Shown: positions 9,392 through 19,079, counted from the stretch's first letter. The stretch: DNA of 64,000 nucleotides from Ilumatobacteraceae bacterium (GCA_963741875.1 CAVUJO010000004.1:157354-221353), one strand, 5' to 3'. Program-made: numbers and translations. The notes: a model not told the origin generated them from the letters alone.

Positions 9392-10624
9392 TCACCCTGC
9401 GTCAATGATTCCGAAACACCGCTGACGCCGAACGGACCGAGGTCGCAGCGTCAGGCCCAGATGGCCTGGTGTGTCTCGGCGTCGAAGAAGTGCATGTTCT
9501 CGCTCGACACCGCGATGTCGATGGTCTCGCCCATCCGAACACGCGATCCGCGGGTTGAACCGGCCGACGGCGTTCGCGACGTCGGCACCTTCTCGCTCTT
9601 CGACGGCATCGGGGTCGCCGGAGTCGACCGTGGGAGCGTCGATGCGGAAGTGCACCATGATCTCCGAACCGAGCGCCTCGATCAGCGACACCTTCGCCGT
9701 GAGGCGCTGCGCCTCGGGGATCTGCTCGGCGAAGGCAGCATCCTCGAAGTCTTCGGGTCGGATCCCGATGATGATCGGCTTGCCGTCGTAGTCGGCCAGC
9801 TTCGGCTGCTTGGTGAACACCTCACTCGGCAAGCCGATCACGTTGCTGCCGACCGCCACCGTGCCCACGTTGCCATCGACCTTGACCGTGCCCTCGTACA
9901 GGTTCATCGACGGCGAGCCGATGAAGGCGCCGACGAACACGTTGACCGGATGGTCGTAGAGGTTCTGCGGTGTGTCGACCTGCTGGAGGTAGCCCCCCTT
10001 GAGCACCGCAACGCGATCACCCATCGTCATCGCCTCGATCTGGTCGTGGGTGACGTACACCGTGGTGACGGCGAGCTCGCGCTGCAGCGCCGCGATCTCG
10101 GCGCGCATCTGCACACGGAGCTTGGCGTCGAGGTTCGACAGGGGCTCGTCCATGAGGAACGCAGCCGGCTGACGAACGATCGCACGACCCATTGCGACGC
10201 GCTGGCGCTGACCACCGGACAACTGCCCCGGCTTGCGATCGAGGTTCTCCTCCAACTCGAGAATCGCGGCGGCTTTGCGCACGCGTGTGTCGATCTCGTC
10301 CTTCGGGACCTTGGCAAGCTTGAGTGCGAACCCGATGTTGTCGTACACGCTCATGTGCGGGTACAGCGCATAGTTCTGGAACACCATGGCGATGTCGCGA
10401 TCCTTCGGCTCGACGTCGTTGACGACCTTGTCACCGATCTTCATCGTGCCGCCGCTGATCGTTTCGAGTCCGGCGATCATCCGCAGCGCGGTCGACTTGC
10501 CGCAGCCCGACGGACCGACGAGCACCAGAAACTCCTTGTCGGCGATCTCGAGATTGAGATCATGAATTGCGTGATAGCCGTTGTCGTAGACCTTGTTGAT
10601 GCCTTCGAGTTGGACGGTTGCCAT
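9392..10624 (-). CDS. msiK: sugar ABC transporter ATP-binding protein (MsiK/UgpC/MalK type); C-terminal tail apparently frameshifted near 9547
   Basis: Walker [10 protein letters not shown], signature LSGGQRQR, Walker [12 protein letters not shown] at 10624 with AGGAGGA upstream. After ...GRFNPR the open frame becomes Arg-rich nonsense. The adjacent frame reads [30 protein letters not shown] and stops at 9451, which is the canonical MalK-type tail. Confidence 0.85.
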   Translation of the reverse strand: MATVQLEGINKVYDNGYHAIHDLNLEIADKEFLVLVGPSGCGKSTALRMIAGLETISGGTMKIGDKVVNDVEPKDRDIAMVFQNYALYPHMSVYDNIGFALKLAKVPKDEIDTRVRKAAAILELEENLDRKPGQLSGGQRQRVAMGRAIVRQPAAFLMDEPLSNLDAKLRVQMRAEIAALQRELAVTTVYVTHDQIEAMTMGDRVAVLKGGYLQQVDTPQNLYDHPVNVFVGAFIGSPSMNLYEGTVKVDGNVGTVAVGSNVIGLPSEVFTKQPKLADYDGKPIIIGIRPEDFEDAAFAEQIPEAQRLTAKVSLIEALGSEIMVHFRIDAPTVDSGDPDAVEEREGADVANAVGRFNPRIACSDGRDHRHRGVEREHALLRRRDTPGHLGLTLRPRSVRRQRCFGIIDAG

Positions 10625-10700
10625 GTCGCATTTCCTCCTGTGGTTGCTCAGCTCGGAGCGTCGCTCAGCGTGATCCCCCTCGACCACGTGGCTGCAGACG

Positions 10701-11771
10701 TTAGCCCACCGGGCGTGTTTGTCGATTCCTGACACCCGATGGCTCGAACGCCGGAGCACGAGCGGTCGTTCCGCGCACGATCAGTTCACCGGGCAACAGA
10801 CGCTCAGCCCGATCGAACGGCTGGCCCTCGATCTGTGCGAACAGCACGTCGACGGCATGGTCGACGATGCGCGTGACCAGTTGTCGCACGGTCGTCAAGG
10901 GTGGGTCGGTGAACCGCATGAGTTCGGTGTCGTCGAAGCCGACCACCGACACGTCATCGGGCACGAGGAGACCCCGCTCGCGCGCTGCTCGGATTGCACC
11001 GAGCGCCATCATGTCGCTCGCCGCCACGATGCCGGTGATGCCGTTGTCGAGCAGCCGCTGCGCTCCGGTGAAACCGCCGTCCAAGGTGAAGATGGTCTCG
11101 ATGATCCGATCGTCGAGATCCCCGTCGACACCATCGGCATCGGCCGCCTCGCGAAAGCCAGCGAGCTTGCGCTGCACCGGGGTGTAACAGGTCGGCCCGA
11201 TCACGAGCCCGATGCGTTCGTGACCCAACTCGCGCAGGTGCCGGTACGCGGTGACCGTCGCTGCGTGATCGTCGGTCGAGACGCTCGGAACCGGTGGAAC
11301 ACCGGAGTCGTCCGGCGCCATCGCGCCGTTGATCGTGACCAGTCCGATGGCGCGGCTGGTGATCTCGTCGTAGATCGAGTGATCGGCCCGGGTGTCGGCG
11401 TGACGACCCGACACCACGATCACACCCGCGACCCGACGCTCGATGAGCGACTCGAGATAGTCGTCCTCGGTAGCACCGACCCTGGTGGCGCAGCACAAGA
11501 TGCACAGATAGCCGCTGGAGAGCAGCCGCGCTTCGACCGCTTGGACGAACTTGGGGAAGATCGGATTGTCGAGCTCGGGCACGATCAGCCCGATCACACC
11601 GGCGTGCGGGCTGGAGTGGAGGGCAGGAGGCGCGTAGCCGAGTTCGGCGAGCACGTGCAGCACCCGGTCGCGAGTCGACGCGCGGACGCCCTCCTTGCCG
11701 TTCATCACCCGACTGACCGTGGCCTCGCTGACGCCAGCGAGCGCCGAGACGTCCTGGAGCCGGATCCGCAT
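10701..11771 (-). CDS. malR: LacI-family repressor, MalR-like by context
   Basis: [24 protein letters not shown]; divergent from malEFG with a CTTGCAG-containing palindrome in the shared intergenic region. Confidence 0.8.
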   Translation of the reverse strand: MRIRLQDVSALAGVSEATVSRVMNGKEGVRASTRDRVLHVLAELGYAPPALHSSPHAGVIGLIVPELDNPIFPKFVQAVEARLLSSGYLCILCCATRVGATEDDYLESLIERRVAGVIVVSGRHADTRADHSIYDEITSRAIGLVTINGAMAPDDSGVPPVPSVSTDDHAATVTAYRHLRELGHERIGLVIGPTCYTPVQRKLAGFREAADADGVDGDLDDRIIETIFTLDGGFTGAQRLLDNGITGIVAASDMMALGAIRAARERGLLVPDDVSVVGFDDTELMRFTDPPLTTVRQLVTRIVDHAVDVLFAQIEGQPFDRAERLLPGELIVRGTTARAPAFEPSGVRNRQTRPVG

Positions 11772-11787
11772 GAAGCGGGACTGTACG

Positions 11788-11837
11788 CGTCCACTGCAAG
11801 AAATGAAAGAACGTCTGCAAATTTCTTGCAGTGGACG
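11788..11837. promoter_or_regulatory. 17-bp perfect inverted repeat with 16-nt spacer; candidate MalR operator pair
   Basis: CGTCCACTGCAAGAAAT (11788-11804) and ATTTCTTGCAGTGGACG (11821-11837) are exact reverse complements; each arm contains CTTGCAG/CTGCAAG. Confidence 0.5.
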
Positions 11838-12008
11838 GAATGTTTCCGTAGTGTGAACAGCGGTGAATCCGTGGTTCCTGACGCTGTCGATGCGGCTCCC
11901 GCCGCCACGACACCGACGGGCGCCCTGGGCACATCGACCTACACCGTGAATTCCACCACCACCTCGCCGGCACCCGCCGGCTCCAACACCTCCTGAGGGG
12001 GAGACACC

Positions 12009-13352
12009 ATGCGCGCACCACGCCGCTTGATTGCCTTCGCTGCCGTAGCCGCCCTGGTGGGCGCCGCCTGCGGTAGTGACAGCGACAGCGATTCATCCGC
12101 CAGCGACACCACCGGCACCGAGACCACCGAGACCACCGAGGCGCCGGACACCACCGAGGCGACCACCGAGACCACCGAAGCAGCGACCACCGAGACCACC
12201 GAGTACCAGGCTCCCGCCCGTGGCGACGCCGACCTCGTGATCTGGGCCGACGACACCCGGGCCCCCGTACTCGAGCCGATCGCTGCCGAGTTCGGCGAAC
12301 TGGAAGGCATCACCGTCCAGGTGGTCGAGGTGCCCTTCGACCAGATCCGCGACCAACTCAGCATCGCCGGCCCCGCCGGTGAGGGCCCTGACATCGTCAC
12401 CGGCGCCCACGACTGGCTCGGCGAACTCGTCTCCAACGGCGTGATCGCTCCGATCGACCTCGGCCCGGACGCCGATCTGTACGCTGACGTCGCGATCGAG
12501 GCATTCACCTACGACGGTGCGCTCTACGGTGTGCCGTACGCCATCGAGAACATCGCGCTCATCCGCAACGTCGACCTGGTCCCCGAGGCCCCGGCCACGT
12601 TCGAGGACCTCGCAGCCACGGCGCTCGCACTGCAGGCCGACGGCACCGTCGACGTGCCGCTCGCCGTGCAGCAGGACCCGGGCGACCCGTTCCACAACTA
12701 CCCGCTGTTCAGCGCGACGGGTGGGTACGTCTTCGGGCAGAACGAGGACGGCACCTACAACGCCGACGACGTCGGCATCGACTCCGAAGGTGGCCTCGCC
12801 GCCGCACAGAACTTCGCCGACTGGAGCAACACCGGCCTGATCTCGAAGGACGTCAGCTACGACATCATGAACGAGTCGTTCTCGACCGGCAAGGCGCCGT
12901 TCGCGATCACCGGCCCGTGGGCCGTCGGTGGCTTCACCGATGCCGGCATCAACTTCGTCGTCGAGCCGGTCCCGCCCGTGGCGGGTGGCACCCCCGAGGT
13001 GTTCGTGGGTGTCCAGGGCTTCATGCAGTCAGCGTTCAGCGAGAACCCCGACCTGGCGACCACGTTCATGGTCGACTACCTCAGCACCGAAGAGGTACAG
13101 CTGGCCCTGTACGAGGCCGGCGGACGCCCGCCCGCCATGCTCAGCGCCTACGACCAGGTGTCGAGCGACCCGATCATCCAAGGCTTCGGCGCTGCCGGCC
13201 AGCTCGGCACCCCGCTGCCCGCCATTCCCGAGATGTCTGCGGTCTGGGAGAGCTGGACCGACGCCTACTCGCTGATCTTCACCGGTTCGGATCCGGTCCA
13301 GGCGTTCACGGACGCCGCGGCCGAGATCCGCGAGAAGATCGCCGAAGGCTGA
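12009..13352 (+). CDS. malE: maltose/maltodextrin ABC substrate-binding lipoprotein
   Basis: ATG 12009 after GAGGGGGA; signal peptide plus lipobox LVGAACGS, Thr/Glu-rich linker, MalE-like body (ITVQVVEVPFDQI.., AFAITGPWA). Confidence 0.85.
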   Translation: MRAPRRLIAFAAVAALVGAACGSDSDSDSSASDTTGTETTETTEAPDTTEATTETTEAATTETTEYQAPARGDADLVIWADDTRAPVLEPIAAEFGELEGITVQVVEVPFDQIRDQLSIAGPAGEGPDIVTGAHDWLGELVSNGVIAPIDLGPDADLYADVAIEAFTYDGALYGVPYAIENIALIRNVDLVPEAPATFEDLAATALALQADGTVDVPLAVQQDPGDPFHNYPLFSATGGYVFGQNEDGTYNADDVGIDSEGGLAAAQNFADWSNTGLISKDVSYDIMNESFSTGKAPFAITGPWAVGGFTDAGINFVVEPVPPVAGGTPEVFVGVQGFMQSAFSENPDLATTFMVDYLSTEEVQLALYEAGGRPPAMLSAYDQVSSDPIIQGFGAAGQLGTPLPAIPEMSAVWESWTDAYSLIFTGSDPVQAFTDAAAEIREKIAEG

Positions 13353-13359
13353 TCTTCGG

Positions 13360-15030
13360 ATGAACACCGCCGATCCCCGCGAGGAGGCGTCCCGTTCAGG
13401 CGGGGGGTCCTCCTCCCGGGGCGGCGCGTCCGGTGGCGGCACCACCGCGCTGGCAGACCGAGACAGCTACTACGACGGCATGCCGCCGTTGCAGATGCCG
13501 ACCGGCCCTCGGTACGGAGCGTCGCTCGGACTGGTCGTCAAGTATCTCCTGCTCGGCCTGCTCAATGCGGTCGTCCTCGCATCCCTGCCGACGATGCTCG
13601 ACAAGCCCGACTACGGGCTCGCCATCTCGGCGATCGTGGCCCTCGTCATCATCGATGTCGTCTACATCTCCAAGCGGCACTTCGTCCCGGCGAAATACCT
13701 GCTCCCCGGGACGCTGTTCCTGCTGGTCTTCGCCGTCTATCCGATCTTCTACCTGATCTACATCTCGACGACGAACTACGGCACGGGCAACAACCTGAAC
13801 AAGGAAACCGCGATCGAGCGGATCGAGGCCAACTCGATCAGCGCCGGTGCCGAATCGATCCGCTACGACCTGCAGATCCTCGCCGAGGGCAACCCCAGCG
13901 GCGAGCTCGTGTTCCTCCTGACCAACCCCGACGGCGAGCGATTTCTCGGCACCACTGAGGGGCTCACTCCGATCGACGACGACGACATCATCGACGACGG
14001 CCGCCGCGAAACGATCGACGGGTACGTTGCCCTCAACACCGGACAGGCCAACGACCGCGTCGCCGAGGTCAACGCCCTGATCGTCCCGGGTCCGAGCGGC
14101 GAGATCGCGAACGACGGCTTCGGTGCGGCGTTCGCCAAGACCCAGACCCGTGTCTACGATCCCGAGACCGACACGATCTTCGACTCGTCGACCAACACGA
14201 CCTACACGATCGACAACGGCCAGTTCGTCAGCGAGGACGGTGAGGCACTCGTGCCCGGCTGGCGGGCGAGCGTCGGGCTCGACAATTACGACCGGCTGGT
14301 CAACGACGGCGACACCCGCAACGTGTTCTTCCGCGTGCTGCTGTGGACGATCCTGTTCTCGTTGTTCTCCGTGATCCTGTCGTTCGGGCTCGGCCTGCTG
14401 CTCGCGCTCGTGTTCAACGACGACCGGATGTTCGGGCGGCGTTGGTACCGCAGCTTGATCATCATCCCGTACGCGATCCCGAGCTTCATGACCGCGCTCG
14501 TGTGGCGCGGCATGCTCAATCAACAGTTCGGCGTGATCAACCGCTGGCTCGGCACGAACCTCGCGTGGCTCGACGGGCAGTGGCTGCCGTACCTCTCGAT
14601 CCTGCTGGTCAACACGTGGCTCGGATTTCCGTACATGTTCCTCGTGTGCACCGGGGCGCTGCAGAGCATCCCGTCCGACCTCACCGAGGCCGCGGCAGTC
14701 GATGGCGCCGGTGGGTTCAAGGCGTTCCGCCTGATCACGTTCCCCCTGCTGCTCGTTGCAGTCGGACCGTTGCTGGTGGCGAGCTTCGCCTTCAACTTCA
14801 ACAACTTCAACATCATCTACCTGCTCACCGAGGGCCGTCCCCCGGTGCCGGGCAGTGATGCGGGGCGCACCGACATCCTCATCTCGTACGTGTACAAGAT
14901 CGCATTCGCCGGTGGCGGAGGCGTCGACTACGGCTTCGCCGCCGCCGTGTCGCTCGTGATCTTCCTGATCGTCGCCACCATCTCGGCGTTCAGCTTCCGC
15001 GCCACCCGCTCACTCGAGGAGATGCGATGA
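13360..15030 (+). CDS. malF: maltodextrin ABC permease MalF-like with large extracytoplasmic P2-type loop
   Basis: EAA loop TEAAAVDGAGGFKAFRLITFPLL; a hydrophilic loop of about 190 aa between early TM segments, as in MalF. Confidence 0.85.
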   Translation: MNTADPREEASRSGGGSSSRGGASGGGTTALADRDSYYDGMPPLQMPTGPRYGASLGLVVKYLLLGLLNAVVLASLPTMLDKPDYGLAISAIVALVIIDVVYISKRHFVPAKYLLPGTLFLLVFAVYPIFYLIYISTTNYGTGNNLNKETAIERIEANSISAGAESIRYDLQILAEGNPSGELVFLLTNPDGERFLGTTEGLTPIDDDDIIDDGRRETIDGYVALNTGQANDRVAEVNALIVPGPSGEIANDGFGAAFAKTQTRVYDPETDTIFDSSTNTTYTIDNGQFVSEDGEALVPGWRASVGLDNYDRLVNDGDTRNVFFRVLLWTILFSLFSVILSFGLGLLLALVFNDDRMFGRRWYRSLIIIPYAIPSFMTALVWRGMLNQQFGVINRWLGTNLAWLDGQWLPYLSILLVNTWLGFPYMFLVCTGALQSIPSDLTEAAAVDGAGGFKAFRLITFPLLLVAVGPLLVASFAFNFNNFNIIYLLTEGRPPVPGSDAGRTDILISYVYKIAFAGGGGVDYGFAAAVSLVIFLIVATISAFSFRATRSLEEMR

Positions 15031-15938
15031 ACGCCGTCACGCAGACCTACGAACCCGAAGCCCCGGCGTTCGAATACAACAAGCCGTCGATGGGCAAGGT
15101 GTTCCGCAGGACCGGCTGGCGTCACGTCGTGGCGTGGGTCGCCTTGGCGTTCGCCTTGTTCCCGGTCCTCTGGGTCATCTCGGCAGCGTTCACCGACGGC
15201 AACCTCAGCTCGCAGAGTCTGATCCCCGAGGACCCGTCGCTCGACAATTTCCGCGCACTGATGACCGATCCCGGGCATCCACCGTTCTGGAGTTGGTTCG
15301 CGAACTCGATGTTCATCGGCACCACCACCGCGGTGCTCACCGTGGCGATGGCGGCGCTGGCATCGTTCGCGTTCAGCCGCCTCCGGTTCAAGGGTCGGCG
15401 TCCCGGGCTGCTGTCGCTGCTGCTGATCCAGATGTTCCCGAACCTGCTCGCCGTCGTGGCGCTGTTCCTGTTCATGACCCGGATCAAGGGGCTGTTCCCG
15501 GCGATCGGGCTCGGGTCGTCGTGGGGCCTGATCTTCATCTACCTCGGTGGGGCGCTCGGTGTGAACACGTACCTGATCAAGGGCTTCTTCGACACGATCC
15601 CCCACACCCTCGACGAAGCCGCCAAGATCGACGGCTGCACGCACTTCCAGATCTTCTACAAGATCATCCTGCCGCTTGCGACCCCGGTGCTGGCCGTGAT
15701 CGGACTGTTGTCGTTCATCACCTCACAGGCGGAGTTCCTCGTCGCCAGCGTCATGCTCGGCGAGGACAACAAGACCCTCGCCGTCGGCCTGTCGGGCTAC
15801 GTCCGCGCCGGCTTCGACAACCGCTGGGGACCGTTCGCCGCCGGCTCCTTGATCGGTGCCATTCCCGTGGTGCTGTTGTTCCTGTTCCTCCAGAGGTTCA
15901 TCGTGTCGGGCCTCACGTCCGGCGCCGTCAAGGAGTGA
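15027..15938 (+). CDS. malG: maltodextrin ABC permease MalG-like
   Basis: ATGA overlap with malF stop; EAA loop DEAAKIDGCTHFQIFYKIILPLA. Confidence 0.9.
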   Translation: MNAVTQTYEPEAPAFEYNKPSMGKVFRRTGWRHVVAWVALAFALFPVLWVISAAFTDGNLSSQSLIPEDPSLDNFRALMTDPGHPPFWSWFANSMFIGTTTAVLTVAMAALASFAFSRLRFKGRRPGLLSLLLIQMFPNLLAVVALFLFMTRIKGLFPAIGLGSSWGLIFIYLGGALGVNTYLIKGFFDTIPHTLDEAAKIDGCTHFQIFYKIILPLATPVLAVIGLLSFITSQAEFLVASVMLGEDNKTLAVGLSGYVRAGFDNRWGPFAAGSLIGAIPVVLLFLFLQRFIVSGLTSGAVKE

Positions 15939-17839
15939 GTCCACCGCTCGTCGGCGCCATGGGTCTCGCCGACGAACCGCACCACGATGGCTCGCCGCTC
16001 CATGTCGACGTCGCTGGCCGGCACCTCGGTGACACCGTTCGCGTCCGGCTCCGCGTGCCCGACGCCTGCGGCACGACGCGGGTCCGTCTGCGCTCGACGC
16101 CTGATGCGGAACCGGCGATCGTCGAGGCGCAGATCGATGATCATCACCACGGTGCGACATGGTGGAGCGCCGATCTCGCGCTGATCAATCCCGTCACCGC
16201 CTACCGATGGCTGCTCGACGGCGGCGAGCTCGGGCGCTGCTGGGTCAACGGTGCCGGCGTGTTCCATCGCGACGTCACCGACGACGCCGACTTCCGCCTC
16301 TCGTCGTGGTCGCCCGCTCACCCGCCCGCTTGGCTCGCTGACACGGTCGGCTATCAGATCTTCATCGACCGGTTCGCGAACTCCGGCGCCACCCGCCCGA
16401 CTCCCCACTGGGCGATTCCCCGGGCATGGGACGAGCCGGTTGCCGACACACCAGGCATCCGGGCGAGACACTGGTACGGCGGCGATCTCCCGGGCATCGA
16501 GGAGCATCTCGACCATCTCTCCCGGCTCGGTGTGAACCTGATCTACCTCACACCGTTCTTCCCAGCTGGGTCGATGCACCGGTACGACGCATCGACGTTC
16601 GATCACGCCGACCCGGCGCTCGGCGGCGACGAGGCGTTGGCATCGCTCATGTCCGCGGCCCACCAACGTGGGATCCGCGTGGTCGGCGACATCACGCTCA
16701 ACCACACCGGCGTCGACCACGATTGGTTCACGGCGGCCTCAGCAGATTCCGCGGCACTCGAGCGTGGGTTCTACTTCTTCGACGAGACCGAACCCCACGG
16801 GTACGTCGCGTGGCATGGGGTACACACGCTCCCGAAACTCGACCATCGAAGCGACGCCCTGCGCAGGCGCTTCTACGACGGCCCCGACTCGGTGATCGCT
16901 CGATATCTCCGCGAGCCGTTCGGGCTCGACGGCTGGCGAGTCGACTGCGCAAACACCACGGGCAGGTTTCGCGATCTCGACGACAACCTCGACGTGGCCC
17001 GACTCACGAACGCAACGATGCAGACGGAAATCGGCGACCGCTGGTTGGTGGCCGAACACTGCTACGACTCGCGAGCCGACCTCGACGGCACCGGCTGGCA
17101 CGGCGTGATGGCCTACCAGTGGTTCACCCGGCCACTGTGGGCGTGGCTGAAGGACGACCGCGACCGTTCATCGATGTCCGCAGTCGAGCTGATCGAACTG
17201 GACGGGCACGGTCTCGTCGAATCGATGCGCCACCTCTCGGCAAACGTGCCATGGGACGCTCGCCAGGCGTCGATGACGATGCTCGATTCACATGACACCG
17301 CACGGTTCCGAACCGTGGTCGGCGGCGACCGGACCCGACACCTGGTCGGACTCGCCGCGCTGTTGACGATGCCCGGCGTACCCACGCTGTTCGCCGGGGT
17401 CGAAGCGGGCTGCGAGGGCGACTCGATGGACACCTCCCGCGTGCCGTTCCCATGGGATCACCTCGCCGATCTCGACGAGGGTGCACCGGGAGGAGACGGC
17501 CGGTTCCTCGCCGACGTGCGAGCGCTCATCGAGCTGCGGCGAACGAACGTGGCGCTGCAGTCCGGATCGATGCGCTGGATCGACGCGACCGCCGAATCGG
17601 TGACGTTCGCCCGTGAGAACGATCGCGAGGTCGTCGTCGTCCACCTCGTGCGAGCAGCCATGCCGGACCGCACACTCGACGCCGAGGACATCGGTCTCGT
17701 CCTCGACCGCGATCACGACTGGCTCGCTGCACATCGGTTCGGAACGCCCTTCGAGTTCCACGTTCCGCGCACGCTGGTCCTGCCGGGTACACCTGGCGTG
17801 AGCATCGTGTCGTTTCGGCAACCGGTCGAGCGGACCTGA
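15935..17839 (+). CDS. GH13 alpha-amylase-family enzyme (maltodextrin glucosidase/neopullulanase-like)
   Basis: GYQIFIDRF, GVNLIYLTPFF, GDITLNHTG, GWRVDCAN, LVAEH, LDSHDT. GTG 15935 (GTGA overlap with malG stop) or ATG 15959. The 901-aa ORF 15134..17839 is an out-of-frame extension over malG. Confidence 0.8.
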   Translation: MSPPLVGAMGLADEPHHDGSPLHVDVAGRHLGDTVRVRLRVPDACGTTRVRLRSTPDAEPAIVEAQIDDHHHGATWWSADLALINPVTAYRWLLDGGELGRCWVNGAGVFHRDVTDDADFRLSSWSPAHPPAWLADTVGYQIFIDRFANSGATRPTPHWAIPRAWDEPVADTPGIRARHWYGGDLPGIEEHLDHLSRLGVNLIYLTPFFPAGSMHRYDASTFDHADPALGGDEALASLMSAAHQRGIRVVGDITLNHTGVDHDWFTAASADSAALERGFYFFDETEPHGYVAWHGVHTLPKLDHRSDALRRRFYDGPDSVIARYLREPFGLDGWRVDCANTTGRFRDLDDNLDVARLTNATMQTEIGDRWLVAEHCYDSRADLDGTGWHGVMAYQWFTRPLWAWLKDDRDRSSMSAVELIELDGHGLVESMRHLSANVPWDARQASMTMLDSHDTARFRTVVGGDRTRHLVGLAALLTMPGVPTLFAGVEAGCEGDSMDTSRVPFPWDHLADLDEGAPGGDGRFLADVRALIELRRTNVALQSGSMRWIDATAESVTFARENDREVVVVHLVRAAMPDRTLDAEDIGLVLDRDHDWLAAHRFGTPFEFHVPRTLVLPGTPGVSIVSFRQPVERT

Positions 17840-17870
17840 GCGGAGCGGACGCCAGATAGCGTCGAGCGAC

Positions 17871-18464
17871 GTGAATCAGACGAAGAACCGGATGCAGGCG
17901 CTCGGATTGCTCGACCGCTCGTTCAAGGCCGCCACCGACGACGAACTCGCCACGGCGATCGAGGCGCTCGACGACGACCATCGCGAGGGCCTCGAGTCGT
18001 TTGTCGACGCCGCAACGCCCGAGGGGGTTCGCACCGCAGCGAAGGCCGGCCGCATCAACGGCGACATGGAGGCGATCGCAGCCATCATCTCCGATCTCTG
18101 CCTGGCCGACTGCATCAAGGAGCTGGGAGACAACGCCGACAACCCGTCGACCGAGCAGCTCAAAGAGGTGCTCCCAGGGGTCGCCGAGCGTCACGGTGTC
18201 GCCGTCACACGCATGATGCTCGCCGCCACCGTCGCTGGCGAGGCGCCTGCCTCGGCGATCATCCGCGACCTGCTGAAGTCCGACGAACTCGTTGCGCTGC
18301 CGAAGGCCGAAGAGGTCACGATCGCCCCGTTGATCGACACCTCGAAGCGTTCCCCGGAGGAGCAGGCCGCACTCAAGGCCAAGCGCGCCGAGGCAAAGGC
18401 CGCCAAGAAGGAAGCCGACCGTGCCCGCAAGGCCCAGTCGGCCGCCGCCCGCAACCGCGCCTGA
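17871..18464 (+). CDS. hypothetical protein with Ala/Lys-rich basic C-terminal tail
   Basis: 197-aa ORF, GTG start, good codon bias; no family recognised; tail ALKAKRAEAKAAKKEADRARKAQSAAARNRA. Confidence 0.55.
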   Translation: MNQTKNRMQALGLLDRSFKAATDDELATAIEALDDDHREGLESFVDAATPEGVRTAAKAGRINGDMEAIAAIISDLCLADCIKELGDNADNPSTEQLKEVLPGVAERHGVAVTRMMLAATVAGEAPASAIIRDLLKSDELVALPKAEEVTIAPLIDTSKRSPEEQAALKAKRAEAKAAKKEADRARKAQSAAARNRA

Positions 18465-18469
18465 AACCA

Positions 18470-18620
18470 GTTACGCCGGTGCCTGGCACCGCGTAACCAC
18501 ACGTCGTTCGTGGTCGAGCAGCCGGTTACGCCGGTGCCTGGCACCGCGTAACCACACGTCGCGCAGTTACGCCGGAGCCTGGCACCGCGTCACCACACGT
18601 TGTTCGTGGTCGAGCAGCCA
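18470..18620. repeat. three tandem copies (55, 41, 55 nt) of a hairpin-containing unit; third copy is the ogt 3-prime coding end
   Basis: GTTACGCCGGTGCCTGGCACCGCGTAAC (13/14-bp stem) at 18470 and 18525, degenerate copy at 18566. Copy 1 and copy 3 are 51/55 identical by eye. Confidence 0.9.
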
Positions 18621-19079
18621 GGCCTTGGTGTCGGTGCCGCCGGCGAATCCGGTGAGCGCGCCGTTCGCCCCGACGACCCGGTGACAGGGCACGATGATCG
18701 AGATCGGGTTGCGCCCGTTGGCTGCTCCGACCGCACGCGCCTTGCGACGATCGCCCATTCGTTCGGCCTGCTCGCCGTAGCTCACCGTGGTGCCGTACGG
18801 AATCGTTCGGAGCGAGTCCCACGCCGACCGTTGGAACTCGGTACCGACCGCGTCGAGCGGCACGTCGAACTGTGTCCGTTCACCTGCGAAATAGCCGGCG
18901 AGCTGGTGGGCAGTCATCGCGACCACGGGGTGACTCGGTTCATCGATCGGGTCGGCCACGCGGACGCGCGCCGGGTCGTCGTCGGGCCACAGGATCGCCC
19001 GCAATCCGGCGTCGCTGGCGACGATCGTGAGCGCGCCGACCGGGCTCTGGACGGTTGCGCTGAACAGCGTCGAATTCAT
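18567..19079 (-). CDS. ogt: methylated-DNA--protein-cysteine methyltransferase
   Basis: Active-site PCHRVV, ATG 19079 in ATGA overlap with the ada/alkA stop; the last ~18 codons lie inside a repeated hairpin element. Confidence 0.9.
   Translation of the reverse strand: MNSTLFSATVQSPVGALTIVASDAGLRAILWPDDDPARVRVADPIDEPSHPVVAMTAHQLAGYFAGERTQFDVPLDAVGTEFQRSAWDSLRTIPYGTTVSYGEQAERMGDRRKARAVGAANGRNPISIIVPCHRVVGANGALTGFAGGTDTKAWLLDHEQRVVTRCQAPA

Noticed and set aside
12100-12200. Thr/Glu-rich repeat (TTETTE...) after the MalE lipobox, and the mirrored Ser/Val-rich antisense ORF
   Set aside because: This is a low-complexity linker of the kind common in actinobacterial lipoproteins, not an independent feature. 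The antisense ORF 11939-12508 is an artefact.
15134-15934. N-terminal 267 aa of the 901-aa ORF 15134..17839
   Set aside because: This part overlaps malG in another frame and is low-complexity Arg/Pro-rich. The GH13 similarity begins only after 15935, where a GTGA stop/start overlap with malG exists.
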